Shown here: positions 8,653 to 17,800 of the stretch, one piece after another
Numbering within the stretch: position 1 is the first letter of the stretch
How the letters are laid out: every line of letters starts with the position of its first letter
Origin: Bacteroidota bacterium
GTDB taxonomy: Bacteria; Bacteroidota; Bacteroidia; Cytophagales; Cyclobacteriaceae
DNA: 47,501 nucleotides
Direction of reading: 5' to 3'
Assembly: GCA_038750705.1 (NCBI GenBank)
Contig: JBCDHA010000001.1
Span: 1-47,501 of the forward strand
Made by a program: the position numbers and the translations under genes
Notes under the pieces: generated by a model
What the model was told of the DNA's origin: nothing
Seen by the model: the letters and a program-made list of their open reading frames with translations, nothing else
The model's database searches: none

Positions 8653-9831
8653 ATGATCTCCATTTCCAACTATAACAAGTCGATCAAGCAGGTCAATCTT
8701 TCAAGTCTACCTAAAGTCTTTCAAGAAGGCCATGATTTTTTTATGGAGGCAAAAGACTGGTATGAGAAGGATAAAACCGTCAAAGAATCCATTGACTTGT
8801 ATCTGTCTAGGCTAAACGAACATCTTAGCCAAGAGAAAAGAAGGTCGAAAACCGGCCAAGATCAATCCTTTATCAACCGCTTTGTAAAGCTCAATAACAA
8901 GACACTGACTAGAGAAGATATCGGGAAATTCATTCAATCCTTGCAACGAGCCATCATCAAAAAGCAAATCCGAAAATCATCGCTGCACGCACGACACATT
9001 GAGAAAATTCAGGACAAACTCATCAGTCAATACAACATGCTTGGTGATGGTGAACAGATCAAGCTTCAAATCAACAAAGATTGGTTAGCGGAGCTAACAG
9101 CATGTCAAAAGCCCACCACCTTAGATGGTATTCCGGATGCTTTGGCAGCCAAGATCAAAAGCCCAAAGAAATCATCCATTTTCGAATCTATGGATCATAT
9201 CCAAAGTAACCCGTCTGAGGATTCCTTTAAGTTGCCGGGAGACTTAGGAAAACTGCTAGGCGACTTGGAGCGATTCGAGCTGGCCATCACACTGGAGGGA
9301 GATCAGGGTGGCGGTAAAACCCGGTTTGGCTATCAGTTGGCTGATGCTTTTGCAGCCTTGGGTAATCGGATAGCTGTATTTTCATTGGAGATCGGCAAAC
9401 GATCTGATTTGATCCGAAGAATGCGAGAGGAATATGTTCATCCTTCTAATCGGGACAAAATTTTCATCACAGATCAATTACCAGACGGATTTGAGACCAT
9501 CCGAAAATCAGCCAAGGATTTTGATGTGGTGATCATTGATAGCTGGAATAAGCTCAATGCTCACTCTTCCTTGTTTGACAAACTGAGAAAAGAGTTTCCT
9601 GACACCATCTTCATTGTGATTTTTCAACGTACCACTCAGGGAACGATTAGAGGTGGCACAGCTCCACTTTTTGATGCAGGTATTAACCTGGAGGTGGTAA
9701 AAGTAGATGATACATTCAGGAACAACTATGCTGTAGCAACTAAAAATAGATACGGGGAAACAGGCCTCCAATACAATATCCAATCGCGTAAATTATTGCA
9801 GGAGGACTTAATTGAGGTAGATGATGAATAA
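8653..9831 (+). CDS. Protein with a helical N-terminal region and a C-terminal RecA/RadA-like P-loop ATPase
   Basis: GDQGGGKT Walker A, FSLE, VVIIDS Walker B and KNRYG arginine finger. Confidence 0.75.
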   Translation: MISISNYNKSIKQVNLSSLPKVFQEGHDFFMEAKDWYEKDKTVKESIDLYLSRLNEHLSQEKRRSKTGQDQSFINRFVKLNNKTLTREDIGKFIQSLQRAIIKKQIRKSSLHARHIEKIQDKLISQYNMLGDGEQIKLQINKDWLAELTACQKPTTLDGIPDALAAKIKSPKKSSIFESMDHIQSNPSEDSFKLPGDLGKLLGDLERFELAITLEGDQGGGKTRFGYQLADAFAALGNRIAVFSLEIGKRSDLIRRMREEYVHPSNRDKIFITDQLPDGFETIRKSAKDFDVVIIDSWNKLNAHSSLFDKLRKEFPDTIFIVIFQRTTQGTIRGGTAPLFDAGINLEVVKVDDTFRNNYAVATKNRYGETGLQYNIQSRKLLQEDLIEVDDE

Positions 9832-10132
9832 GGAATATACGGATCCATCTATAAGGTTAAATACAACTCTGAATGTCGGACATCTATTGATGAGTTCCAT
9901 CAGTTTACTCATTGTTATAGTCGGCCTTTGGGTAAATGTCAATGTGAAATTGGCTCAACTGGAATTTGAAATAGCGAGTGAAAAGGAGAAAAGAGAAGGG
10001 CTGGAAAACTCTCATGAGAAGTTGATACTCCAAGTGACCAAACATACCAATGAAGTAACTAGGCTGCTTTACGAGATCAAACTAGAGCTAAAAGACAAGG
10101 CAGATAAATCATCAAACTCTAAGACACCATGA
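9821..10132 (+). CDS. Small single-TM plus coiled-coil membrane protein (holin-like?)
   Basis: Hydrophobic segment LLMSSISLLIVIVGLWV followed by a heptad-rich tail; overlaps both neighbours. Function is inference only. Confidence 0.55.
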   Translation: MMNKEYTDPSIRLNTTLNVGHLLMSSISLLIVIVGLWVNVNVKLAQLEFEIASEKEKREGLENSHEKLILQVTKHTNEVTRLLYEIKLELKDKADKSSNSKTP

Positions 10133-10794
10133 TTATGATATTGACTACTCTGAGGTACGTATGGAAATATTATTGGATCGTTCAGCTCCTAGTGATCATC
10201 ATACTGTCTTACCTGCTCAGGAAGGAGATGTCCAAAGCTCAAGACTATAAAGATGTTTATGAGATCAGTCGTAAAGAAATCCAGATCTGGAGAGACGATG
10301 CAGGTAAAAACAGAGCCAGAGCGGAAATTGCGGAAATAGATGCAGCTAATGCTAAGTTGGTTTTAGAATCTAATCTCAAAGAAACCATTCGTAAAGAAGT
10401 CGGCAACCTGAAGCGGAACCTGATTAGCTATTCGTCCGTCAGATCGTCTACTGCTGGAGCCTTTCAGACGGGCTCAGTGGACACAGTGTATCTAATGGAA
10501 AAACCAAAGGCTGTGATTCCCATTCCTGCGAAGAAATTCAGGATCGATCAAGCGGATTTGAAGTTTCAAGGCCTCTATGTTCCTAATCTCGATACTCTGA
10601 TGGCGAACTATCAGGTGATCCATAATTTCGATATTTTCTACTATTACAGAAAACCCGGAAAGAAACCTTTTAATCTATTACGAAGAAAAAGAGCGGTAGC
10701 AGAAATAAGATTTGATAACCCCGGATCTCAGGCGGACAGTTTACACACAATAGTGCTGGACAGAAAAAAGTCTTTGATCGGTAAAATCTTTTAG
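10129..10794 (+). CDS. N-terminally anchored membrane protein with coiled coil (spanin-like / phage lysis-region type?)
   Basis: TM segment YWIVQLLVIIILSYLL, coiled coil, DTVY motif and beta-rich C-terminus; ATGA overlap with the previous gene. Confidence 0.55.
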   Translation: MIMILTTLRYVWKYYWIVQLLVIIILSYLLRKEMSKAQDYKDVYEISRKEIQIWRDDAGKNRARAEIAEIDAANAKLVLESNLKETIRKEVGNLKRNLISYSSVRSSTAGAFQTGSVDTVYLMEKPKAVIPIPAKKFRIDQADLKFQGLYVPNLDTLMANYQVIHNFDIFYYYRKPGKKPFNLLRRKRAVAEIRFDNPGSQADSLHTIVLDRKKSLIGKIF

Positions 10795-11030
10795 TCGAAC
10801 CCTTCGCTAAAAAACTCTGGCAATGTCATGCCGAAAGCTTTAACAACCTTTACCAGACTACTAAATCGTAAATCTTCACCCCGTTCATACCTACCAAATT
10901 GCGCTCTGGGTATATTGTGTTCGTAAGCGAAATATTCGTAGTTCGTGTATCCCCTGGCGATACGCAATGATTTGATCCGTTCGCCTAGTTTTTTAAGTTG
11001 CTCTTTACTGAATTCATCACCTTTAGCCAT
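10791..11030 (-). CDS. XRE-family helix-turn-helix regulator
   Basis: LGERIKSLRIARG...FA...I.RAQFGRYERGE.LRFSSL.KV..AFGM HTH_3 pattern. Confidence 0.9.
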   Translation of the reverse strand: MAKGDEFSKEQLKKLGERIKSLRIARGYTNYEYFAYEHNIPRAQFGRYERGEDLRFSSLVKVVKAFGMTLPEFFSEGFD

Positions 11031-11155
11031 CCAGCAAATAAATAAGTCATCCTATCCATTCGTTACCACTTAATAATTCATACTTATTAGTAACTTTTGA
11101 TGAATATTTGAAAATCCATTTGGTATATTTAAATTCACGATTAGGCAAAACCATC

Positions 11156-11314
11156 ATGATAAAACGTCAGAAGTCAAAGGAAGAGGTGCGAGAAGAGGCG
11201 GTTGAGGTGTTATACAACTCTCTTAAATCCAAGCAACCTATCTCAAAAGAAGAGTGTTACGAAATCTATGATAAAATGCAGAAGAAGTCTTCCAGATCAA
11301 CCAAAACAGACTAG
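11156..11314 (+). CDS. Small hypothetical protein (52 aa), divergent from the XRE gene
   Basis: In-frame ATG at 11156 within ORF 11108-11314; charged helical sequence; fills the intergenic gap. Confidence 0.45.
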   Translation: MIKRQKSKEEVREEAVEVLYNSLKSKQPISKEECYEIYDKMQKKSSRSTKTD

Positions 11315-11325
11315 AGTTCCCATTT

Positions 11326-11544
11326 TTAGATATCTACCTTCTGTTTATCCAGGTTGTCATTAGCGAATTCCATTAGTTCAACCAAAGATTTTTCATCTAT
11401 TACTGTCACTCTCCGTTTGCTGTCATAATATCCTCTCACAAGCTTGCACCTAAGAAATATGCCAATATCCTGCTTTCTCCAATTCAGCTTCGCTTGGAGT
11501 TCAGGATACTTAGCCAGTATTTCTTCAGGGGTATATTTTGGCAC
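11326..11544 (-). CDS. 72-aa putative DNA-binding / excisionase-like protein, copy 1
   Basis: A GTG start at 11544 gives the same length as copy 2 (25019-25237), with 66/71 identical residues after the start. The winged-HTH/Xis-like assignment is inference. Confidence 0.7.
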   Translation of the reverse strand: MPKYTPEEILAKYPELQAKLNWRKQDIGIFLRCKLVRGYYDSKRRVTVIDEKSLVELMEFANDNLDKQKVDI

Positions 11545-11564
11545 AACAGTTTTACCAGAATTAT

Positions 11565-12452
11565 TTAGCAGTCCTCTAGTCCACAATGCTCATCTTGTCC
11601 TTCAAACTCAACAGTGATATGATTAATGGATTCATCTTTGAGTTGAGCCTTCACCTTTTCCTTTAGCTTGGCCTGCTCTGAAAGCTTGTAGTCTTTAGCT
11701 AACCGGAGATGAACGGTAAGAATGTTGTATTCACCATCCATAGACCAGGCATGGCAATCGTGTATGTCTGTAACTTCCGGCATGTCCTTGAGTTTTTGCC
11801 GAATGTCATCTACAGACACTTCTTCAGGAATGCCCTGAAGAATGACCAACATGCTCTTTTTGAGATTCCTGTAGACATTGTACAACACGAAAAGTGAAAT
11901 GAGTACTGAAAGCAGTGGGTCAATAAATGGGGCATCAGTAAACATCATGATGATGCTTCCGATAAGCACTGCTACCCAGCCTAAGACATCTTCTAACAGA
12001 TGAAGTGAGACTACTTTTTCATTGAGCGACTCGCCCTTTCGGAGTTTGAATACTGCCGCTCCATTCACTACAATACCTAAAATAGAGAGGTAGAGCATAC
12101 CTTCAACATTGGTTTCTTCCGGATTGAACAATTCAGGAATTGCTTTGGTCAAGATAAAGATCGATCCAGCTACAAGCACGATGGAATTGATAATCGCTCC
12201 AAGTAGGGAGAAGCGTTTATACCCATAGGAAAAGGTCTTGGTTCTGCCTTTCTTGGATAGCTTTTGAAAATACCATGACAGTCCCAAGCTCAGGCTATCC
12301 CCCAAATCGTGCAATGCATCAGAAAGGATTGCCAAGCTGTTGGTATAAAGTCCACCGATGATCTCAATAATGGTAAAACTGAGATTGAGAAAGAAAGCAA
12401 CTTTTACATTACCCTCTGAATGGTTATGTGAATGATCGTGGTTATGTCCCAT
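11565..12452 (-). CDS. czcD: Cation diffusion facilitator (Zn/Co/Cd efflux)
   Basis: His-rich N-terminus, SLAILSDALHD, SYGYKR, HLLED and HDCHAWS. Confidence 0.92.
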   Translation of the reverse strand: MGHNHDHSHNHSEGNVKVAFFLNLSFTIIEIIGGLYTNSLAILSDALHDLGDSLSLGLSWYFQKLSKKGRTKTFSYGYKRFSLLGAIINSIVLVAGSIFILTKAIPELFNPEETNVEGMLYLSILGIVVNGAAVFKLRKGESLNEKVVSLHLLEDVLGWVAVLIGSIIMMFTDAPFIDPLLSVLISLFVLYNVYRNLKKSMLVILQGIPEEVSVDDIRQKLKDMPEVTDIHDCHAWSMDGEYNILTVHLRLAKDYKLSEQAKLKEKVKAQLKDESINHITVEFEGQDEHCGLEDC

Positions 12453-12825
12453 AGTTTTCTAATCCCGCTTTTTTGAAAATTGATAGTAATTCTTCCGAAA
12501 TGGGTAGAGGCTTCAACGGTGGAATATTTACTCCACCTGTATTGCCTACAGGTATTTTCCCTACAAAGGATTTGACTCCACCAATTAAAAGCCGTGGGAT
12601 CTGGCCAATCACTTCTTTGGTGTCTTTGATGCGAATACCAAAGAGAAGCATCTTCCAATGCACGTAACTATGATGGTAGGGATATGCCTGACCTATGATG
12701 TGCGCCCGCTCCAAATGACTCCATGCCGTTTGAAGGCTTCCTGCGTGTAAGTGCCTTGTATATTCCTTCAATTCTTGATCGAAATACGGTTTCAGCCTCT
12801 TGGGCATTATTGTATAAAGTTTCAT
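12442..12825 (-). CDS. DUF3703-like protein
   Basis: AWSHLERAHIIGQ...H...HW.ML...GQI.RL...P.GNTG signature. Confidence 0.8.
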   Translation of the reverse strand: MKLYTIMPKRLKPYFDQELKEYTRHLHAGSLQTAWSHLERAHIIGQAYPYHHSYVHWKMLLFGIRIKDTKEVIGQIPRLLIGGVKSFVGKIPVGNTGGVNIPPLKPLPISEELLSIFKKAGLENYGT

Positions 12826-12829
12826 TTGT

Positions 12830-13627
12830 CTACTTTGAAAGATTTAGAATCCGAATAGCTCCTCGCATTACAAAACCGAAGACAACACCGCCAACGACCA
12901 AGTCAGGCCATTTACTTTCAAGCCAGTAAACCAACACTCCAGCCAGTATCACTCCTCCATTAACGATGATATCATTAGACGTGAAAATGGCGCTCGCTTG
13001 CATGTGAGCCTCTTTGCTTTTAGCCTTATTGATTAGCCAAAGAGAGATGAGGTTACCTGCTAAGGCCAGAACTGAAATGATTATCATCCACTGAAAAAGG
13101 GGTGTTTCGCTTTCGGTCAGGAATCTTCGGAGTACTTCTGAAAAACCAAGGAGAGCCAAGCCCATCTGAAAATAACCGCTGATCTTGGCTACATTTTTCT
13201 TGCGGGACATTGCCGCACCCACCGCAAAGAGACTTAGACCATAAACAATGGAATCTGCGAGCATATCCAGCGAGTCAGCTATTAGTCCCATAGACCGGGA
13301 AATCCATCCGGTGGTCATTTCTATCACAAAAAATCCGAAGTTGATACCCAGCACCCACCACAGTATTTTTCGCTGATGTGAATCGTCAGTTCCTACAGGT
13401 AGTTCTGCTTCCGATGTGCCCTCCAATTGATCATTGAGGTTAAGCTGACTAATGGCTTCATGTATAGATTGCACTTCTTCCTGATGGAATACTTCCAGTT
13501 TGCGCGCAGGAATATCAAATTCCAGATGTTTAACCTGGTTGAGAGATTCCAGTTTCATTCGGATCATTTGCTCCTCTGAGGGGCAGTCCATGTCCTTAAT
13601 AAGAAATGTGGTTTTATTAATGCTCAT
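12830..13627 (-). CDS. CDF-type cation transporter with an N-terminal HMA-like domain
   Basis: MDCPSEEQMIRMKL N-domain; SMGLIADSLDMLAD and FTSND TM motifs. Confidence 0.85.
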   Translation of the reverse strand: MSINKTTFLIKDMDCPSEEQMIRMKLESLNQVKHLEFDIPARKLEVFHQEEVQSIHEAISQLNLNDQLEGTSEAELPVGTDDSHQRKILWWVLGINFGFFVIEMTTGWISRSMGLIADSLDMLADSIVYGLSLFAVGAAMSRKKNVAKISGYFQMGLALLGFSEVLRRFLTESETPLFQWMIIISVLALAGNLISLWLINKAKSKEAHMQASAIFTSNDIIVNGGVILAGVLVYWLESKWPDLVVGGVVFGFVMRGAIRILNLSK

Positions 13628-14807
13628 GTTCCGTTTCTCCTTTTTTCATTTCTGAAATGAGATAATAGGCATTGTTCCAGGCCACCTTTGTACCCTTGGG
13701 TAGTGGCTCTAGAAGATTAATTTCTACCCATCCTTCATCAATCAAACCCGTTCGAATTTCAACAACCTTGAAGCTCCATTCTTTTTCTCCGCCTTTCTGG
13801 TGAACTTCTGCTGTGAAAATGTAGGGTTTTCCCTCTTCTTCTATGATTGCTGATTCAGGTAAGGCCATTACCGGCTTTTCTCCTGTATGGATTCTGCCAT
13901 TGATGTACATGCCTGGAAGCAGAAAGTCTTCTTTTCCTGTTATTTCAGCATGAACGTGAATAGCCTTGGGGTTTTGCTCGAACTTTTTACCCACTGAGTA
14001 AATCTGCGCCATAAGCTGAGAGTCTGGCACTGATGTGATGGTGAAAGAAATTTTCTGGCCTTTCTTCACCTTGTAAACATCCTTCTCAAATATCATCAGG
14101 TCGGCATGCACATGATCTGTATTCACAATCGTGAACATTTTCGTTTGAGGTTCTACAAACTGGCCAAGCTGTATAAGCACCTTTTCAATATTGCCATCAA
14201 TAGGGCTGACTACCGGCACATTTTGGTAAATTTCACCTGCTCTTACTTTTTGAACACTTATACTTAATTGTTTTAGCTGAGCTTCTAACCCTTTGACTTC
14301 ACCCTTTATGGATTGGTAATCGGATTGGGTTTCCTGATAGGCTTTTCCCGATCCGATTTCTTCCTCATACAGTCGCTTCTGTCTTTGCATTTCTTTTTCA
14401 AGAAACTGCAATCGACTGTAAGCTTTCACGTAGTTGGTTTGTAGCTGTATCAGGTTGGGGTGGGAAACGTAAGCCAAAACCTGACCTTTCCGCACTTTGT
14501 CTCCTTCAATTACTTTGATTGAAGTAACATTTGCTCCGAGAATGGCAGTCACGGTTGCCTCATGCTGTGGGGGTACTTCCAAACTACCATTTGCTTCCAC
14601 AACATTGGATAAAACCCGAGAAGGTAAAGTATCCACTTTGATGCCCAGGCTTTCAAATTTTAGCTGTGAAAGGTATACAGCATCTATTTCACCTTCGGTA
14701 TGCTCATCACTCTCACCGTGTTCTTCACTCACTGATTTGCTACCACACCCTGCCATTATTGACACAAGAGTGATTAAGCTGAAGAGGTATATCAATTGTT
14801 TTTTCAT
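13617..14807 (-). CDS. czcB: RND efflux periplasmic adaptor (CzcB-like lipoprotein)
   Basis: Lipobox MAGC after the probable start at 14807, His/acidic patch, V.EGDKVRKGQVLA and SPIDG; follows czcA. Confidence 0.88.
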   Translation of the reverse strand: MKKQLIYLFSLITLVSIMAGCGSKSVSEEHGESDEHTEGEIDAVYLSQLKFESLGIKVDTLPSRVLSNVVEANGSLEVPPQHEATVTAILGANVTSIKVIEGDKVRKGQVLAYVSHPNLIQLQTNYVKAYSRLQFLEKEMQRQKRLYEEEIGSGKAYQETQSDYQSIKGEVKGLEAQLKQLSISVQKVRAGEIYQNVPVVSPIDGNIEKVLIQLGQFVEPQTKMFTIVNTDHVHADLMIFEKDVYKVKKGQKISFTITSVPDSQLMAQIYSVGKKFEQNPKAIHVHAEITGKEDFLLPGMYINGRIHTGEKPVMALPESAIIEEEGKPYIFTAEVHQKGGEKEWSFKVVEIRTGLIDEGWVEINLLEPLPKGTKVAWNNAYYLISEMKKGETEHEH

Positions 14808-14842
14808 TGTCTTTATGTTTATGGATGGATCATCCATTTGAG

Positions 14843-17800
14843 TTAATTCGATGTTTTTAAGAAATATTCCAGTTGATAGCGGCTATCCAGGTAACTGCCA
14901 AACGCCTTCCATGCATCCACTTCCATTCGTATGGCATCTCGTATATTCTGGAGAAAGGAGATATAGTCAACGGCACCTTCACGGTAAGCAGTAATAGCGC
15001 CTTTTTGCTGTTCCTCCGCCAATGGCAATGCCGTGTTCTGATAGTAATTCCATGAATTACGCCATTTCAGATATTGCTCTTTTCCACTTTGATAGGCGGC
15101 ATTTAATTCCAACTCAGTTTGCCGGAGATTCTGACTCGCAATCTCTCGCTGTATTTTGGCTGACTGTGACCTTCCCAACTCAGGGCCAAATGTCAGTGGA
15201 ATTCTGACCCCAAGCTGGTACTGGTAAAAACCGGATCTACCATCTACTTGCTGACGTCCATACTGACCCTGAAGCTGGGGTAGAAATTGCGAAAGCTTTT
15301 CTCTAACCGAAGCGTCAGCTACCTCTAGCTGTTGTTTTGATAAGTTCACTAGTGGATGACTTATCAAAGAATCCGTATGGTAGTCGATTGCCTGATCCAA
15401 TTCACTTGCCGATACGTCTGGCACGGTGAATAAGGAGTCACTTACAAACCATAGGTTTAGCTGTTGTAGCGCACTCAAATAGTCTCGAAACGCCTGTTCT
15501 TTCTGTATCAGTACTTGAGTAGCCTGATTGGTGGTAGCCAGGTATTCGAGTTTGGATGTCTCCTCTGTTTCCAATCGAATTTTTGCTGCTCGTTCTATAT
15601 CCGTGAAAACTGAATCTAAACGCTCATAGACCTGATAGGTGTTTTTGGCAGCATAAACCTGAGCCCATGCTCTACTCACTTCCCGTTCGATTTCAATGAC
15701 TGTGAGGTCAAGGGCAGATTTAGCCAGGGCAATTCGTTCTTTTTGCAACTTTAATTTTGGTGCAATACCGAAAAGATCTATTTGCTGCTGTTGGATCCCT
15801 ATTTGGGTGACCACACCATCAGAGCCATTGCCCACTTCCTCTTTTCCAGTGAATACCTGGGTATTCCCTAAATCCCATGCTGTTTTCTTCAGGGCTTCCT
15901 GGTTGTCTATTTCCAACCTTGCTGACTGAATTTTCGGATAGCTTTCAATAGCCCATGATTTAGCCTGCTCTAAAGTGACGGTGGGCAATTTAGCTTGGTC
16001 TTGATTTTGTGCGTTAACAGTCGATGGAATACCAACCAATGCTGTAAAACCTATCAGTACCAGTATTATATTGGCACCAGATATCCTACTTCCTTTTCGC
16101 TCGCTTCTACTTTCCACAAAAGTGTAAAGCACCGGAAGCACCACCAGCGTGAGCAAGGTAGCTGTGAGCATTCCACCGATCACTACGGTAGCCAGAGGGC
16201 GCTGCACTTCTGCACCCGCTGAGCTACTAAAGGCCATGGGAAGGAAACCAAAGATATCGGTAGTTGCTGTCAGCATGATGGGTCTGATACGCTCTTTAGT
16301 ACCGGTTAGAATCCGCTCTCTTATGTTAATTACACCTTCTTCTTTTAAGGAATTGAAGCGATTGATCAGCACGAGACCATTAAGTACTGCCACACCGAAA
16401 AGTACAATAAAGCCAACCCCCGCAGATATGCTAAACGGCATGTCTCGCAACCAAAGGGCAAATACTCCACCGATAGCTGCCAATGGAATAGCGATGTAGA
16501 TCATGATGGATTGAGAAAATGATCCTAGAGCAAAATAGAGCAAGACGAAAATGAGGAAAAGAGCAATCGGCACTACAATGGCCAATCTGCCTTTGGCTCT
16601 TTCCAGGTTTTCAAACTCGCCTCCATAGGTAATGTAATAGCCAGCAGGAAGATCCAGTTGTTCGTCCAGTTTTTGCTGAATGTCTTTTACCACGGATTCT
16701 ACATCTCTGCCTCGTGTATTCACCCCTACATAAGTTCTCCGGTAGGTGTTGTCCCTGGAAATCTGCATTGGCCCAGGCACATAGCTAATGTCAGCTACTT
16801 CTTTGATGGGAATTTGAGTGCCGTCAGGCAAGTCGATGAATAGGGTTCTTAGATCATCAATACTTTTTCGATGGGTTTCATCAAACCTGACTACCAAATC
16901 AAAGCGTTTCTCCCCCTCAAAAACAACGCCTGCCACGCCTCCAGCAAAAGCAGTACTGACGTATTCATTCAATTTTTGAATGTCCAATCCATACTGCGCT
17001 ACCTTTTTTCTATTATAGCGGACAGTCATTTGCGGCAGGCCAGATGTCCGTTCCGCATTAACATCGCCCGCACCAGGAACAGTAGAAATGATATCAGCCA
17101 TCTCCTGAACCTTGGTTGCTAAAACTTGCAAATCTTCTCCATACAGCTTCACTGCAATATCTTCTCGTACTCCCTCCAGCAATTCATTGAAGCGTAGCTC
17201 CACAGGCTGGGTAAAGACCAGGTTGACCCCCACAAGCTGTTCATCCAGCTTATCCTTAATCTTGTCAATAAGTTCATCTTTGCTCTCTGCTGATACCCAT
17301 TTGTCTTTGTCTTTTTCCAGAATGAGGTACATATCTGCTATGTCCATCGGCATGGGGTCAGTTGGAATATCAGCTACACCAATACGGGCAGTTACCGTCT
17401 TGATCTCAGGGAAGTTGTCCAAGAGGATGTTCTCAATTTTGATGGAAACAGCTTTAGATTCGTTAAGGGAACTACCAGGCCTAATAAGTGCCTGCATGGC
17501 CAGGTCACCTTCATCCAACTGAGGCACGAATTCACCACCCATACGAGAAAAAGTATAACCTGCCCAGCCGAGTAATAGGATCGCTATCCCAATAACTATT
17601 ACCTTAAACCGAAGGGCACTTTTTAACAACGGCAGATAAGCACGCTGAATTCCTCCAATCAATTTATCGCTAATATGCTCTAGTGAGCTTTCAAAACGGC
17701 CAAACCAGTTTCTCTGGTTTTGAACTGGTTTCATTAAAAGAGCCGACATCATAGGTACGTAAGTGAGGCATAGCACAATAGCTCCAATCATGGCAAAGCC

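Noticed and set aside
8604-8675. Micro-ORF MGRKRKPHLLMS... resembling the RadC N-terminus MGRKK...HLLMG
   Set aside because: Only 23 codons, overlapping the next gene out of frame; the similarity is too short to support
14843-16100. TolC-like domain fused to CzcA
   Set aside because: A common architecture in Bacteroidota, so not novel
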